A DNA stretch of 64,000 nucleotides, taken from an uncultured Rikenellaceae bacterium. GTDB taxonomy: Bacteria; Bacteroidota; Bacteroidia; Bacteroidales; VadinHA17. Below are positions 55,455 through 63,614 of the stretch, piece after piece (the first letter of the stretch is position 1; every line of letters begins with the position of its first letter). Below the pieces are notes generated by a model. The model did no database searches and was not told the DNA's origin. It saw nothing but the letters and a program-made list of their open reading frames with translations. The stretch spans positions 844,230 to 908,229 of the forward strand of contig CAWDHN010000010.1 in NCBI GenBank assembly GCA_963802145.1, read 5' to 3'. The translations under genes and the position numbers were made by a program.

Positions 55455-56660
55455 ATGAGCAGAAAGACACTCATACCGATAGGACCCTATCACCCGCTGC
55501 AGGAAGAACCGGAGCTCTTCAAGCTCTATTGCGACGGTGAGATAGTCACGGATATCAAATGGGAGACCGGGTATAACCACAGGGGCATAGAAAAACTCAG
55601 TGAATCAAAGAGCTATGATCAGGTGTTCTTCCTCGTTGAACGCATCTGCGGCATCTGCTCAACATCACACCCCTTTGCCTTCGCCAACGCCGTTGAGGAG
55701 ATAGCCGGCGTTGAGATCACTGACCGGGCAAAGTACATCAGGTCTATCATCGGTGAGCTTGAACGCATACACAGTCATCTGCTCTGGGTAGGCCTCGCAG
55801 GCCATTTCCTCGGATATAACACCGTCTTCATGTGGGCCTGGAAATACCGTGAGCCTGTCCTTGACCTCTTCGAGATGATAACGGGCAACAGGAACAGCTA
55901 TGCCATGTTCAAGGTGGGAGGCGTGAGGCGTGATATTGAAAACAGCAAAATCCCCTCCATCAGGAAAGAGATGGGCATTATGCGGAAGAAAATCGACCTG
56001 CTGACAGGGGCAGTCATGGATGACCCGGTCATCCACGCAAGGACCAAAGGGGTAGGGATTCTCACCCGTGAGGATATTATCGACTATGGTGCCGTGGGCC
56101 CCACAGCAAGAGCCTCGGGTGTTGACATTGATGTCAGGAGAGATGACCCCTATGCAGCCTATCCTCTTGTCAACTGGAAGGTTATCACTGCCGGGGCCGG
56201 AGACGTCTTTGCCAAGGCAGAGGTGAGGCTTCTTGAGATGTACGAGTCGGCTTCGATTATTGAGCAGTGCATTGATGCCCTCGAAAAAATGAAGGAGGGC
56301 GATGTTGCACTTAAAATAAATGAGATACCCGAGGGTATCGGAACGGGACGTGCCGAAGCGCCCAGGGGCGAGGTCTTTCACTTTGTGGTCTCCGACGGAT
56401 CAAACTCACCTGCCCGTCATAAGATCAGGGCTCCGAGCTATACGAACATAGCAACATTCAAAAGATCATGCATAGGCCAGACAATAGCCGATGCAACTAT
56501 CACTCTCGCAGCCGTTGACCCGTGCTACTGCTGCACCGAGAGAATGGCAGCAGCCTATGACATCTCTTCAGGGAAAAAAATATTCAATGCCAATGAGCTG
56601 ATAGACCTTTCTATGAAGCGAACAAAAGAACTCAGGAAATCAGATGCCGGCCATGAATGA
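55455..56660 (+). CDS. group-4 [NiFe] hydrogenase large (catalytic) subunit (NuoD/MbhL/EchE-like)
   Basis: About 401 aa from MSRKTLIPIGPYHP. The N-terminal Ni-Fe motif is RICGICSTSH. The C-terminal motif is DPCYCCTER, followed by a 38-aa tail. Confidence 0.9.
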   Translation: MSRKTLIPIGPYHPLQEEPELFKLYCDGEIVTDIKWETGYNHRGIEKLSESKSYDQVFFLVERICGICSTSHPFAFANAVEEIAGVEITDRAKYIRSIIGELERIHSHLLWVGLAGHFLGYNTVFMWAWKYREPVLDLFEMITGNRNSYAMFKVGGVRRDIENSKIPSIRKEMGIMRKKIDLLTGAVMDDPVIHARTKGVGILTREDIIDYGAVGPTARASGVDIDVRRDDPYAAYPLVNWKVITAGAGDVFAKAEVRLLEMYESASIIEQCIDALEKMKEGDVALKINEIPEGIGTGRAEAPRGEVFHFVVSDGSNSPARHKIRAPSYTNIATFKRSCIGQTIADATITLAAVDPCYCCTERMAAAYDISSGKKIFNANELIDLSMKRTKELRKSDAGHE

Positions 56661-58554
56661 GCCTCTCGCCATATTAGCTGAACCATCTGCATGCTGGATG
56701 CTCCGGATGATTATTGTCATTCCGCTGGTTGCCGGGGTGCTCTTCCTTGCAATACCCGACAGATATCATACTGTAAAAGGGATTCTTGCGCTTGCAACAA
56801 CACTGGTTACCGGGTATCTGGCTGTCGCCCTTTTCTCCGCCTCCCCGCAGATGACGGCAGAAGGTGAGATGCTCAGCAGAAACTGCATGGCTCTCCTTAA
56901 TGCGGATCTCCTTCAGGATGCCGGAGAGTTTCTCACATTTACCCTTGACGGACTGAGCAAACTGATAATCCTCTTTATCAGTGCCCTTGCCCTGCTTATC
57001 CTGCTCTACACGCTTGTTTACAACAGGTTCCTCAGGGTTCCCAACTACTATCCCTGGTTCCTGATCACCCTGGGGTGTTCCTACGGGGCGGTGCTCTCTG
57101 ACAACCTGATACTCTTCGTTATCTTCTGGGGTATCCTGGGAATCACCCTGTACAAGCTGATACCGGGAAGGGATGAGAAAAGTTCAGCGGCCGCGAAGAA
57201 GACCATGATCATTATAGGAGCATCAGACACGATCATGCTCGTGGGTATCGCTCTTCTCTGGAGACTGACAGACACGCTGAGCATCAACGGCATATCACTG
57301 GAAACCAATAACATACTAACGGTTTCGGCGTTCATCGCACTGCTTGTCGGAAGCTTCACCAAGGCCGGCGCCTTCCCGTTCCACTCATGGGTACCCGACT
57401 ACTCCGAGACGGCCCCGGCATCGTCTGTGGCCCTTCTGCCCGCCTCGCTTGACAAGCTGCTAGGTATATATTTCCTGGCACGCCTCACGACCGATATCTT
57501 TATAATGACCGATGGTATCAAGCTCCTGCTGCTGACCGTCGGCGTGATCACCATCATCACTGCCGTGCTGATGGCGCTGATGCAGCACGACTGCAAGCGG
57601 CTGCTCGGCTATCATGCCGTATCACAGGTAGGTTACATGATAGTGGGCTTTGGTCTCGGTTCGCTCGTGGGCATAGCTGCAGGACTGTTTCACATGCTGA
57701 ACAACGCGATCTACAAGAGCGGCCTCTTCCTGAGCACAGGAGCAGTTGAACGGCAGACAGGAAAAAGTGATATCACGGAGCTGGGAGGCCTCTCAAAAGC
57801 GATGCCTGTAACATTCATTGCCTCTCTCATATTTGCCATGTCCATCTCCGGGGTGCCTCCCCTTAACGGCTTTGCATCGAAATGGATGATATACCAGGGC
57901 ATTATCGACTTCGGTGCAGGCGAGGGCATTGCATCAGGCCTCTGGATGGTCTGGCTCGGCCTGGCGGTACTTGGTTCGGCACTCACGCTGGCAAGCTTTG
58001 TGAAATTCATCGGAGGCATCTTCCTGGGAAGGAGAGAAAAGGCCATGGACAAAGTGAAAGAGGTGCCGGTAATGATGTGGCTCCCGATGGCGGTGCTGGC
58101 ACTCTTCTGTGTAATCTTCGGCGTCTTTGCAACCGAACTGGTGATTCCGAAACTCCTTATGCCCGCGACCGGGGCATTTACCTTCAACGGCCTCTGGAGC
58201 TCATCGTTAGTCTCTCTTCTTGTATTGATTTCCATCGTTCTCGGCCTGCTCATCTACCTCGCCACAGGAAAGAAGAAATTCAGGACGGAAGAGAACTTCA
58301 TCGGCGGTGAGAGCATGGAAAAGCTGGGAGCATCATACCCTGCTCCCGAGTTCTACAAGACCTTCACCGAGTTCAGCCTGTTCTCGCGTATCTATAAGAA
58401 GGCTGAAGGCAAAGCCTTTGACATCTATGACCTGTCAAAACAGGCTGTTCTCTGGCTCAGCGGAAGGCTGAGCAACGCTCATACGGGTGTGCTTCCCGGA
58501 TATGTTATCTGGGTCTGCGCCGGACTTATAATCATGTTGCTGATAATGATGTGA
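56644..58554 (+). CDS. antiporter-like subunit 1 (MrpA N-terminal part / NuoL / MbhH-like)
   Basis: 636 aa with at least 14 TM helices. It has the proton-conducting-membrane-transporter core (KAGAFPFHSWVPD, GYHAVSQVGYM). The start is either ATG 56644 or ATG 56653. Confidence 0.85.
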   Translation: MPAMNEPLAILAEPSACWMLRMIIVIPLVAGVLFLAIPDRYHTVKGILALATTLVTGYLAVALFSASPQMTAEGEMLSRNCMALLNADLLQDAGEFLTFTLDGLSKLIILFISALALLILLYTLVYNRFLRVPNYYPWFLITLGCSYGAVLSDNLILFVIFWGILGITLYKLIPGRDEKSSAAAKKTMIIIGASDTIMLVGIALLWRLTDTLSINGISLETNNILTVSAFIALLVGSFTKAGAFPFHSWVPDYSETAPASSVALLPASLDKLLGIYFLARLTTDIFIMTDGIKLLLLTVGVITIITAVLMALMQHDCKRLLGYHAVSQVGYMIVGFGLGSLVGIAAGLFHMLNNAIYKSGLFLSTGAVERQTGKSDITELGGLSKAMPVTFIASLIFAMSISGVPPLNGFASKWMIYQGIIDFGAGEGIASGLWMVWLGLAVLGSALTLASFVKFIGGIFLGRREKAMDKVKEVPVMMWLPMAVLALFCVIFGVFATELVIPKLLMPATGAFTFNGLWSSSLVSLLVLISIVLGLLIYLATGKKKFRTEENFIGGESMEKLGASYPAPEFYKTFTEFSLFSRIYKKAEGKAFDIYDLSKQAVLWLSGRLSNAHTGVLPGYVIWVCAGLIIMLLIMM

Positions 58555-58569
58555 CACAACAATAAGACA

Positions 58570-59112
58570 ATGGAACTGGCAATATCGGTTATAGTGGGAT
58601 TTATGATACTGGGGGCAATTTATGCCATCCATGCCAGGGATATTCTGTCGGCGGTGATAGCAGGAGGCATTGTCGGATACAGCCTGGTCATCTGTTTCCT
58701 GCTGCTGAAGGCACCTGACCTGGCAATAGTGCAGATTGTGGTGGAGACAATCACCCTGATCATCATGGTGGCAGTGGTGCTTGACAGCTCCCGGACGGAG
58801 GCTTACAGCAAGTTTGACACCCGTTCCTGGGTCACGGCAGGCACGACTGTACTGATACTGTTGATACTTTTCTGGTTTCTCAGGGAGGCCTCATCGTCGC
58901 TCGCACCATTCGGCGGGCACACCATGAGGATGGCTGACGCCTATGTCAACGGCGCAGTGGAGAAGACGGGCAGTGTCAACCTCGTTACCGGAGTGATCTT
59001 CGACTTCAGGGGATACGATACCCTCGGTGAGGCAACAGTGCTGGTGACGGCAGTGCTGGGGGTGCTGACTATATTGAGACTGAAAGGCAAAAAACAGGGA
59101 ATCAAGAGTTAA
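58570..59112 (+). CDS. MrpA C-terminal-like / MbhD-E-like membrane subunit (DUF4040 + MnhB-related segment)
   Basis: 180 aa. The TM helices are followed by [25 protein letters not shown], the MnhB-related signature. Confidence 0.7.
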   Translation: MELAISVIVGFMILGAIYAIHARDILSAVIAGGIVGYSLVICFLLLKAPDLAIVQIVVETITLIIMVAVVLDSSRTEAYSKFDTRSWVTAGTTVLILLILFWFLREASSSLAPFGGHTMRMADAYVNGAVEKTGSVNLVTGVIFDFRGYDTLGEATVLVTAVLGVLTILRLKGKKQGIKS

Positions 59113-59159
59113 GAATTAAGAGTTAAGGGGTTGGAGGTTAGAGTAACGAATTAAGGACG
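59104..59159. repeat. heptanucleotide tandem repeat inside the operon, locus R4: AAGAGTT AAGAATT AAGAGTT AAGGGGT TGGAGGT TAGAGTA ACGAATT AAGGACG
   Basis: Eight consecutive 7-nt units decay from the AAGRRTT pattern. The repeat begins in the last codons of the upstream gene and fills the 53-nt spacer. Confidence 0.65.
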
Positions 59160-59165
59160 AGCCTG

Positions 59166-59603
59166 ATGAAGGGAATGACCATCATAGTAAAAAAGACGAC
59201 ACAGCTGATTGCCGGGATAATATTCCTTTACGGCATCTATATAATACTGCACGGGCATCTTACTCCCGGTGGCGGATTTGCAGGAGGTGTGATACTCGCG
59301 GGGTCATTCATCCTCCTGATCCTGGCCTACGGAAGTGATTTCCTGCACCTGGTCAGGGAAGAGAGAGGCACAACCCTGTATGAGAACCTGGCGATACTGA
59401 TATTCCTTTTCCTGGCACTGACAGGACTTCTTGCCGGGGCGAAGATCTTCTTTACCAACTGGCTGCCTCACGGCACACCGGGGGAGCTGATCAGCGCGGG
59501 CTTTTTGCCTCTGTACAACATATTTGTAGGGATTGAGGTCGCTGCATCCATACTTACGATCTTCCTGGCACTGGTAATCTTTAAAGAGGAGGTACTGAAA
59601 TGA
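59166..59603 (+). CDS. MrpB/MnhB-like membrane subunit (MbhF-like)
   Basis: 145 aa with the motif GHLTPGGGFAGGVILAGSF and 4 TM helices. Confidence 0.75.
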   Translation: MKGMTIIVKKTTQLIAGIIFLYGIYIILHGHLTPGGGFAGGVILAGSFILLILAYGSDFLHLVREERGTTLYENLAILIFLFLALTGLLAGAKIFFTNWLPHGTPGELISAGFLPLYNIFVGIEVAASILTIFLALVIFKEEVLK

Positions 59604-59938
59604 CTGTTTACTGGCTCTGCTTCATACTGTTCCTGACGGGCCTCTATGGCGTAATAACCAGGCGGAACCTGATCAAGATAGCCATTTCACTGTCTGTCAT
59701 GGAGTTCAGCTGCTTTCTCTTCCTGGCACTGATAGGATACACCGAGGGAGGGGTCGCCCCGATAGTTGATGTGGCTGACCCTGTCAAAACCTATGTCGAT
59801 CCGCTTCCCCAGGCAATGGTTCTCACAGCCATTGTGATCGGACTGGCCACGACGGCGATGCTGATGGCGGTGATCATAAGGATCTACAGGAAATACGGAA
59901 CCTTTGACATAAGAGAGATAAAGAACTTAAGAGGGTAA
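59600..59938 (+). CDS. MrpC/MnhC/NuoK-like membrane subunit (MbhG-like)
   Basis: 112 aa with 3 TM helices. Its ATG overlaps the upstream stop by 4 nt (ATGA). Confidence 0.75.
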   Translation: MTVYWLCFILFLTGLYGVITRRNLIKIAISLSVMEFSCFLFLALIGYTEGGVAPIVDVADPVKTYVDPLPQAMVLTAIVIGLATTAMLMAVIIRIYRKYGTFDIREIKNLRG

Positions 59939-61480
59939 ATGATGAATCCGCTGATACCGCTCCTCGTTGCCGTACCCCTGGCCGGTGCGTTCCTGACAAT
60001 GATACTGGGCAGGTTCGTACCAGGTATCCCCAGGTATATGGCACTGGCAACACTGCTGTTCCTCGCTTTCATCAGCTTCTGGCTGCTGATTGCCGGAGGG
60101 GGCGCCTCATCAGTATATACCCTGGGAGGATGGGAGCCTGTTAACGGGGTTCCCATCGGCCTCTGCCTGGTTCACGACGGCTTCTCCGCCCTGGTACTGT
60201 GCATTATCAGCCTTATCGGCCTGCTCTCAGTCATCTACTCTTTCTCCTATATGGCCAGATACACCTCCGAAAACTACTTTTATTCACTCTTCTGCCTTAT
60301 GATCGCAGGCATGAACGGGGTTGTGCTCGGTGGTGACATATTCAATATTTTTGTATTCCTTGAGATATCGGCCATCTCATCCTATGCTCTTGTAGCATTC
60401 GGCGTGGAGAAGAATGAGCTTGAGGCAACGCTCAAATACCAGGTGCTGGGTGCGGTGGCCTCATTCATGATACTTTTTGCCATCGGGTTCATTTACTGGA
60501 GTGCAAAAACGCTGAATATCGCAGATATAAGGACCGTCTACAGCGAAGGAGATTATGGCAGTCATTACATTCTTGTCCAGATACTTCTTCTCACCGGCTT
60601 TGGCCTCAAGGCTGCCATAATACCGTTTCATGCATGGCTCCCCGATGCCCACTCGTCGGCTCCCTCCCCCATCTCGGCGATGCTCTCGGGGGTTCTTATC
60701 AAGGCAGTCGGCATCTATGTCATCATACGTCTCTTCTTCAATATGTTCGAGATAACCGAGGGGATGGCCATCCTGATAACCACCCTTGGCGCTCTCTCGA
60801 TGGCCGTCGGAGTCTTCCTGGCCATCGGCCAGTGGGATATTAAACGACTCCTTGCTTACCATAGCATCAGCCAGATGGGATACGTCATCATGTCGGTGGG
60901 AGTCGGGATGATACTCATCGCAAGAGGAATACGGACTGAGGTGGCGGCTCTTGCCATCACCGGCGGCATCTTTCATATGCTTAACCATGCGGCATTCAAG
61001 GGACTCCTTTTCCTCAACGCAGGGGCCATAGAGTATGCTGCCGGCACGCGTGACCTGAGGGAGATGGGCGGACTGGCCGGGAACATGCCTGTGACCTCGG
61101 CGACCTCATTCGCTGCCTCACTCTCAATTTCGGGTATCCCTCCCTTCAACGGCTTCTTCAGTAAACTGATAATAATAGTTGCGGCTGTGATGGGCCGCTT
61201 CTACCTCCTGGCCGCCCTGGCTGCCATTGTCAGCATCATCACCCTGGCTTCATTTATGAAATTCCAGCGCTACGCATTCTATAACAGTGAGCCCGGGAAA
61301 ATTAAGAATGCAGTCAAAGAGGTGCCTCTGCCGATGCTCCTGAGCATGATCACCCTGGCTGTCATCTGCCTGCTGCTCAGTCTGCTGGCGTTGCCCGGCA
61401 TTCGTGAAACAGTGCTCTCCCCGGCAACTGACATCCTGATGGACCAGATGAAATATTCCTCACACATAACCGGCCTGTGA
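59939..61480 (+). CDS. antiporter-like subunit 2 (MrpD/MnhD/NuoM-N-like)
   Basis: 513 aa with about 14 TM helices. Motifs are KAAIIPFHAWLPDAH and AYHSISQMGY. Confidence 0.85.
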   Translation: MMNPLIPLLVAVPLAGAFLTMILGRFVPGIPRYMALATLLFLAFISFWLLIAGGGASSVYTLGGWEPVNGVPIGLCLVHDGFSALVLCIISLIGLLSVIYSFSYMARYTSENYFYSLFCLMIAGMNGVVLGGDIFNIFVFLEISAISSYALVAFGVEKNELEATLKYQVLGAVASFMILFAIGFIYWSAKTLNIADIRTVYSEGDYGSHYILVQILLLTGFGLKAAIIPFHAWLPDAHSSAPSPISAMLSGVLIKAVGIYVIIRLFFNMFEITEGMAILITTLGALSMAVGVFLAIGQWDIKRLLAYHSISQMGYVIMSVGVGMILIARGIRTEVAALAITGGIFHMLNHAAFKGLLFLNAGAIEYAAGTRDLREMGGLAGNMPVTSATSFAASLSISGIPPFNGFFSKLIIIVAAVMGRFYLLAALAAIVSIITLASFMKFQRYAFYNSEPGKIKNAVKEVPLPMLLSMITLAVICLLLSLLALPGIRETVLSPATDILMDQMKYSSHITGL

Positions 61481-61481
61481 T

Positions 61482-61967
61482 ATGAGATATGTGGCAGTAT
61501 TTATATTATCAATGATCTTCTGGATCCTGATTACCTTCAGGTTCACAGTGGGGAACATGGCTGCGGGAGCCGTTGCTTCAGCTGTCACGACAGCCATCTT
61601 CAGCAGGTACTATTTCCATAATGTTTATAAGTTTCTGCAGCCACGGCGCTGGCTCTGGTTCATTGTCTATCTGACTACCTTCATATGGGCCTGCATAAAG
61701 GCGAACTTTGACGTTGCATACCGTGTCCTCCACCCGTCGATGCCGATAAGACCGGGGATAGTGAAGGTTAAAACCACACTCAGGTCAGAATTTGCCAGGA
61801 TGCTCCTTGCCAATTCGATAACCATGACCCCGGGGACCATCACCGTTGACATCATCGGCGACGAGATGTATATACACTGGATCTATATCCGGTCTGAAGA
61901 CCCGGCTGTATATACAAAAATGGTAACCGGAAGATTTGAGGAATACATTAAAAAATTTGCGGAATGA
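61482..61967 (+). CDS. MrpE/MnhE-like subunit (MbhA-like)
   Basis: 161 aa with two N-terminal TM helices and the segment ANSITMTPGT. Confidence 0.7.
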   Translation: MRYVAVFILSMIFWILITFRFTVGNMAAGAVASAVTTAIFSRYYFHNVYKFLQPRRWLWFIVYLTTFIWACIKANFDVAYRVLHPSMPIRPGIVKVKTTLRSEFARMLLANSITMTPGTITVDIIGDEMYIHWIYIRSEDPAVYTKMVTGRFEEYIKKFAE

Positions 61968-62230
61968 CCAGTGTCATGAATATCCTGCTCTACATACAGA
62001 TTGCCCTTTGCGCAGCCTGTCTCTACCGCATCATCAGGGGACCGACAATTCCTGACCGGATGGTGGGCATTGACATCTTCGGGATACTTGTTGTGGGCAT
62101 TTGCGGAATAATCTCGGTGCAGACCGGCAAGGCCTTCATACTGGATATCGGTATTGCCTGGGTCATACTAAGCTTTATCGGAACCCTTACGCTGGCAAAA
62201 TACCTCAGCGGGAAAAAACTGAATGAATGA
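61964..62230 (+). CDS. MrpF/MnhF-like subunit (MbhB-like)
   Basis: 88 aa with 3 TM helices. It overlaps the upstream gene by 4 nt. Confidence 0.7.
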   Translation: MTSVMNILLYIQIALCAACLYRIIRGPTIPDRMVGIDIFGILVVGICGIISVQTGKAFILDIGIAWVILSFIGTLTLAKYLSGKKLNE

Positions 62231-62549
62231 TATGGCAGCCATAATCTTAATATCGGTAGGAGTTCTCTTCAACATCTTCGGTTGCATAGGACTGATACGG
62301 CTTCCCGACATGTACAACAGGCTGCAGGCAGCCACGAAGTGTGTGACACTGGGATGCTGCAGCATCCTTCTGGGTGTTTTGGTGCATTACGGTTTCGGAA
62401 GTGCCGGCTTCAGAGCCCTGGTGGCAATACCGATACTCTTCTTTACCGCCACTGTGGCAGCACATGCCCTCGTCAGGGGAGCCTACCACTTCGGGACGAA
62501 AATGGACGACAGGAGTGTCAAAGATGACTACAGGGAGGAAGTGAGATGA
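62223..62549 (+). CDS. MrpG/MnhG-like subunit (MbhC-like)
   Basis: 108 aa with 3 TM helices and the motif RLPDMYNRLQAATK. It overlaps the upstream gene by 8 nt. Confidence 0.7.
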   Translation: MNDMAAIILISVGVLFNIFGCIGLIRLPDMYNRLQAATKCVTLGCCSILLGVLVHYGFGSAGFRALVAIPILFFTATVAAHALVRGAYHFGTKMDDRSVKDDYREEVR

Positions 62550-63166
62550 GGTACCCGAAACTGAGAGAGCTGAAAGAGGCGGTGATATCACTGGTCACCC
62601 CCGCATACACCTCAAAATTCCCTGTTGAGGAGCATGTGCCGTTCAAGGACTTCAGGGGAAAGCCCGTGGTTGACGATGTCAACTGCGTGGGGTGCGAGAC
62701 ATGTGCCAATGTGTGCCCCCCGCTGGCTATCACCTTCACCGATGACAGGGAGAAAAGGATCCGTACCATCAGGAGAGACTACGGCAAGTGCATCTTCTGC
62801 GGACAGTGCCAGGAGCATTGCATCACCGGAAAAGGCGTTAAGCTTTCCGACAAGATCTACGAAATGGCTGTCTTCGACAGGTCAAACAGCGTCGAATACC
62901 AGGAAAAGGAACTGCTGGTGTGCGAGAGCTGCGGCGCAGTCATAACAACAGTGGAGCACCTCAATTACATGCACCGCAAGCTCGGCCCGAAGGCCTTCGC
63001 CTCTGTACTGAACCTCAATATGCTTAACCTGAAGCTGCAGCTTGCCGAGGGGCAGGATCTTACGGCAGAGATAAGCGAGACCCTCCAGAGGAAGGATATG
63101 TTCAACATAATCTGTCCCAATTGCCTCAGACAGGTTACAGTCAAGTATCTTTTCAAAGGTGCCTGA
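62546..63166 (+). CDS. NuoI/MbhN/HycF-like 2x[4Fe-4S] subunit
   Basis: 206 aa with the motifs CVGCETCANVCP and CIFCGQCQEHC. It overlaps the upstream gene by 4 nt. Confidence 0.8.
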   Translation: MRYPKLRELKEAVISLVTPAYTSKFPVEEHVPFKDFRGKPVVDDVNCVGCETCANVCPPLAITFTDDREKRIRTIRRDYGKCIFCGQCQEHCITGKGVKLSDKIYEMAVFDRSNSVEYQEKELLVCESCGAVITTVEHLNYMHRKLGPKAFASVLNLNMLNLKLQLAEGQDLTAEISETLQRKDMFNIICPNCLRQVTVKYLFKGA

Positions 63167-63614
63167 AAAACTTAAAGAGCTCCTGTCGCGCCATGACCGT
63201 ACAATACTCTTTGTCGGCATCGGTAACGTGCTGAGAAGTGATGACGGGGCCGGCGTTTATGTGAGTACCCGGATAAGGGAGACTGAAAATATTAAAGTCA
63301 TCACCCCGGAGGTCAGCATCGAAAACTACATCGGAAAGATCAACTCCATTGATTATGACATTCTTATACTGATCGACTGCGTTGATATGAAGAGGCCGCC
63401 GGGCAGCATCGGGCTGATACCTGTTGAGGAGGTTAATGACCTGACCTTCAATACCCATAACATCTCACTTAAACGACTGTCTGAATTCTTCAGAAATGAG
63501 GTGCTGATACTCGCAATTCAGCCTGAAAATATTGCATTCGGAGAAAATTTATCGTATATTGTACTTGAAGCCTGTAACCAGATAATTGAACTAATTAATA
63601 AAAAGGAGGTATAA
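63159..63614 (+). CDS. hycI: [NiFe] hydrogenase maturation endopeptidase (HycI/HyaD family)
   Basis: 151 aa with a GTG start and the signature ILFVGIGNVLRSDDGAGVYV. Confidence 0.8.
   Translation: MPEKLKELLSRHDRTILFVGIGNVLRSDDGAGVYVSTRIRETENIKVITPEVSIENYIGKINSIDYDILILIDCVDMKRPPGSIGLIPVEEVNDLTFNTHNISLKRLSEFFRNEVLILAIQPENIAFGENLSYIVLEACNQIIELINKKEV

Noticed and set aside
40777-63614. In-frame TGA (selenocysteine) in hydrogenase or maturation genes
   Set aside because: All hydrogenase-related ORFs are continuous except hypF, whose break is a frameshift and not a TGA codon. The Ni-Fe ligand positions are all Cys codons.
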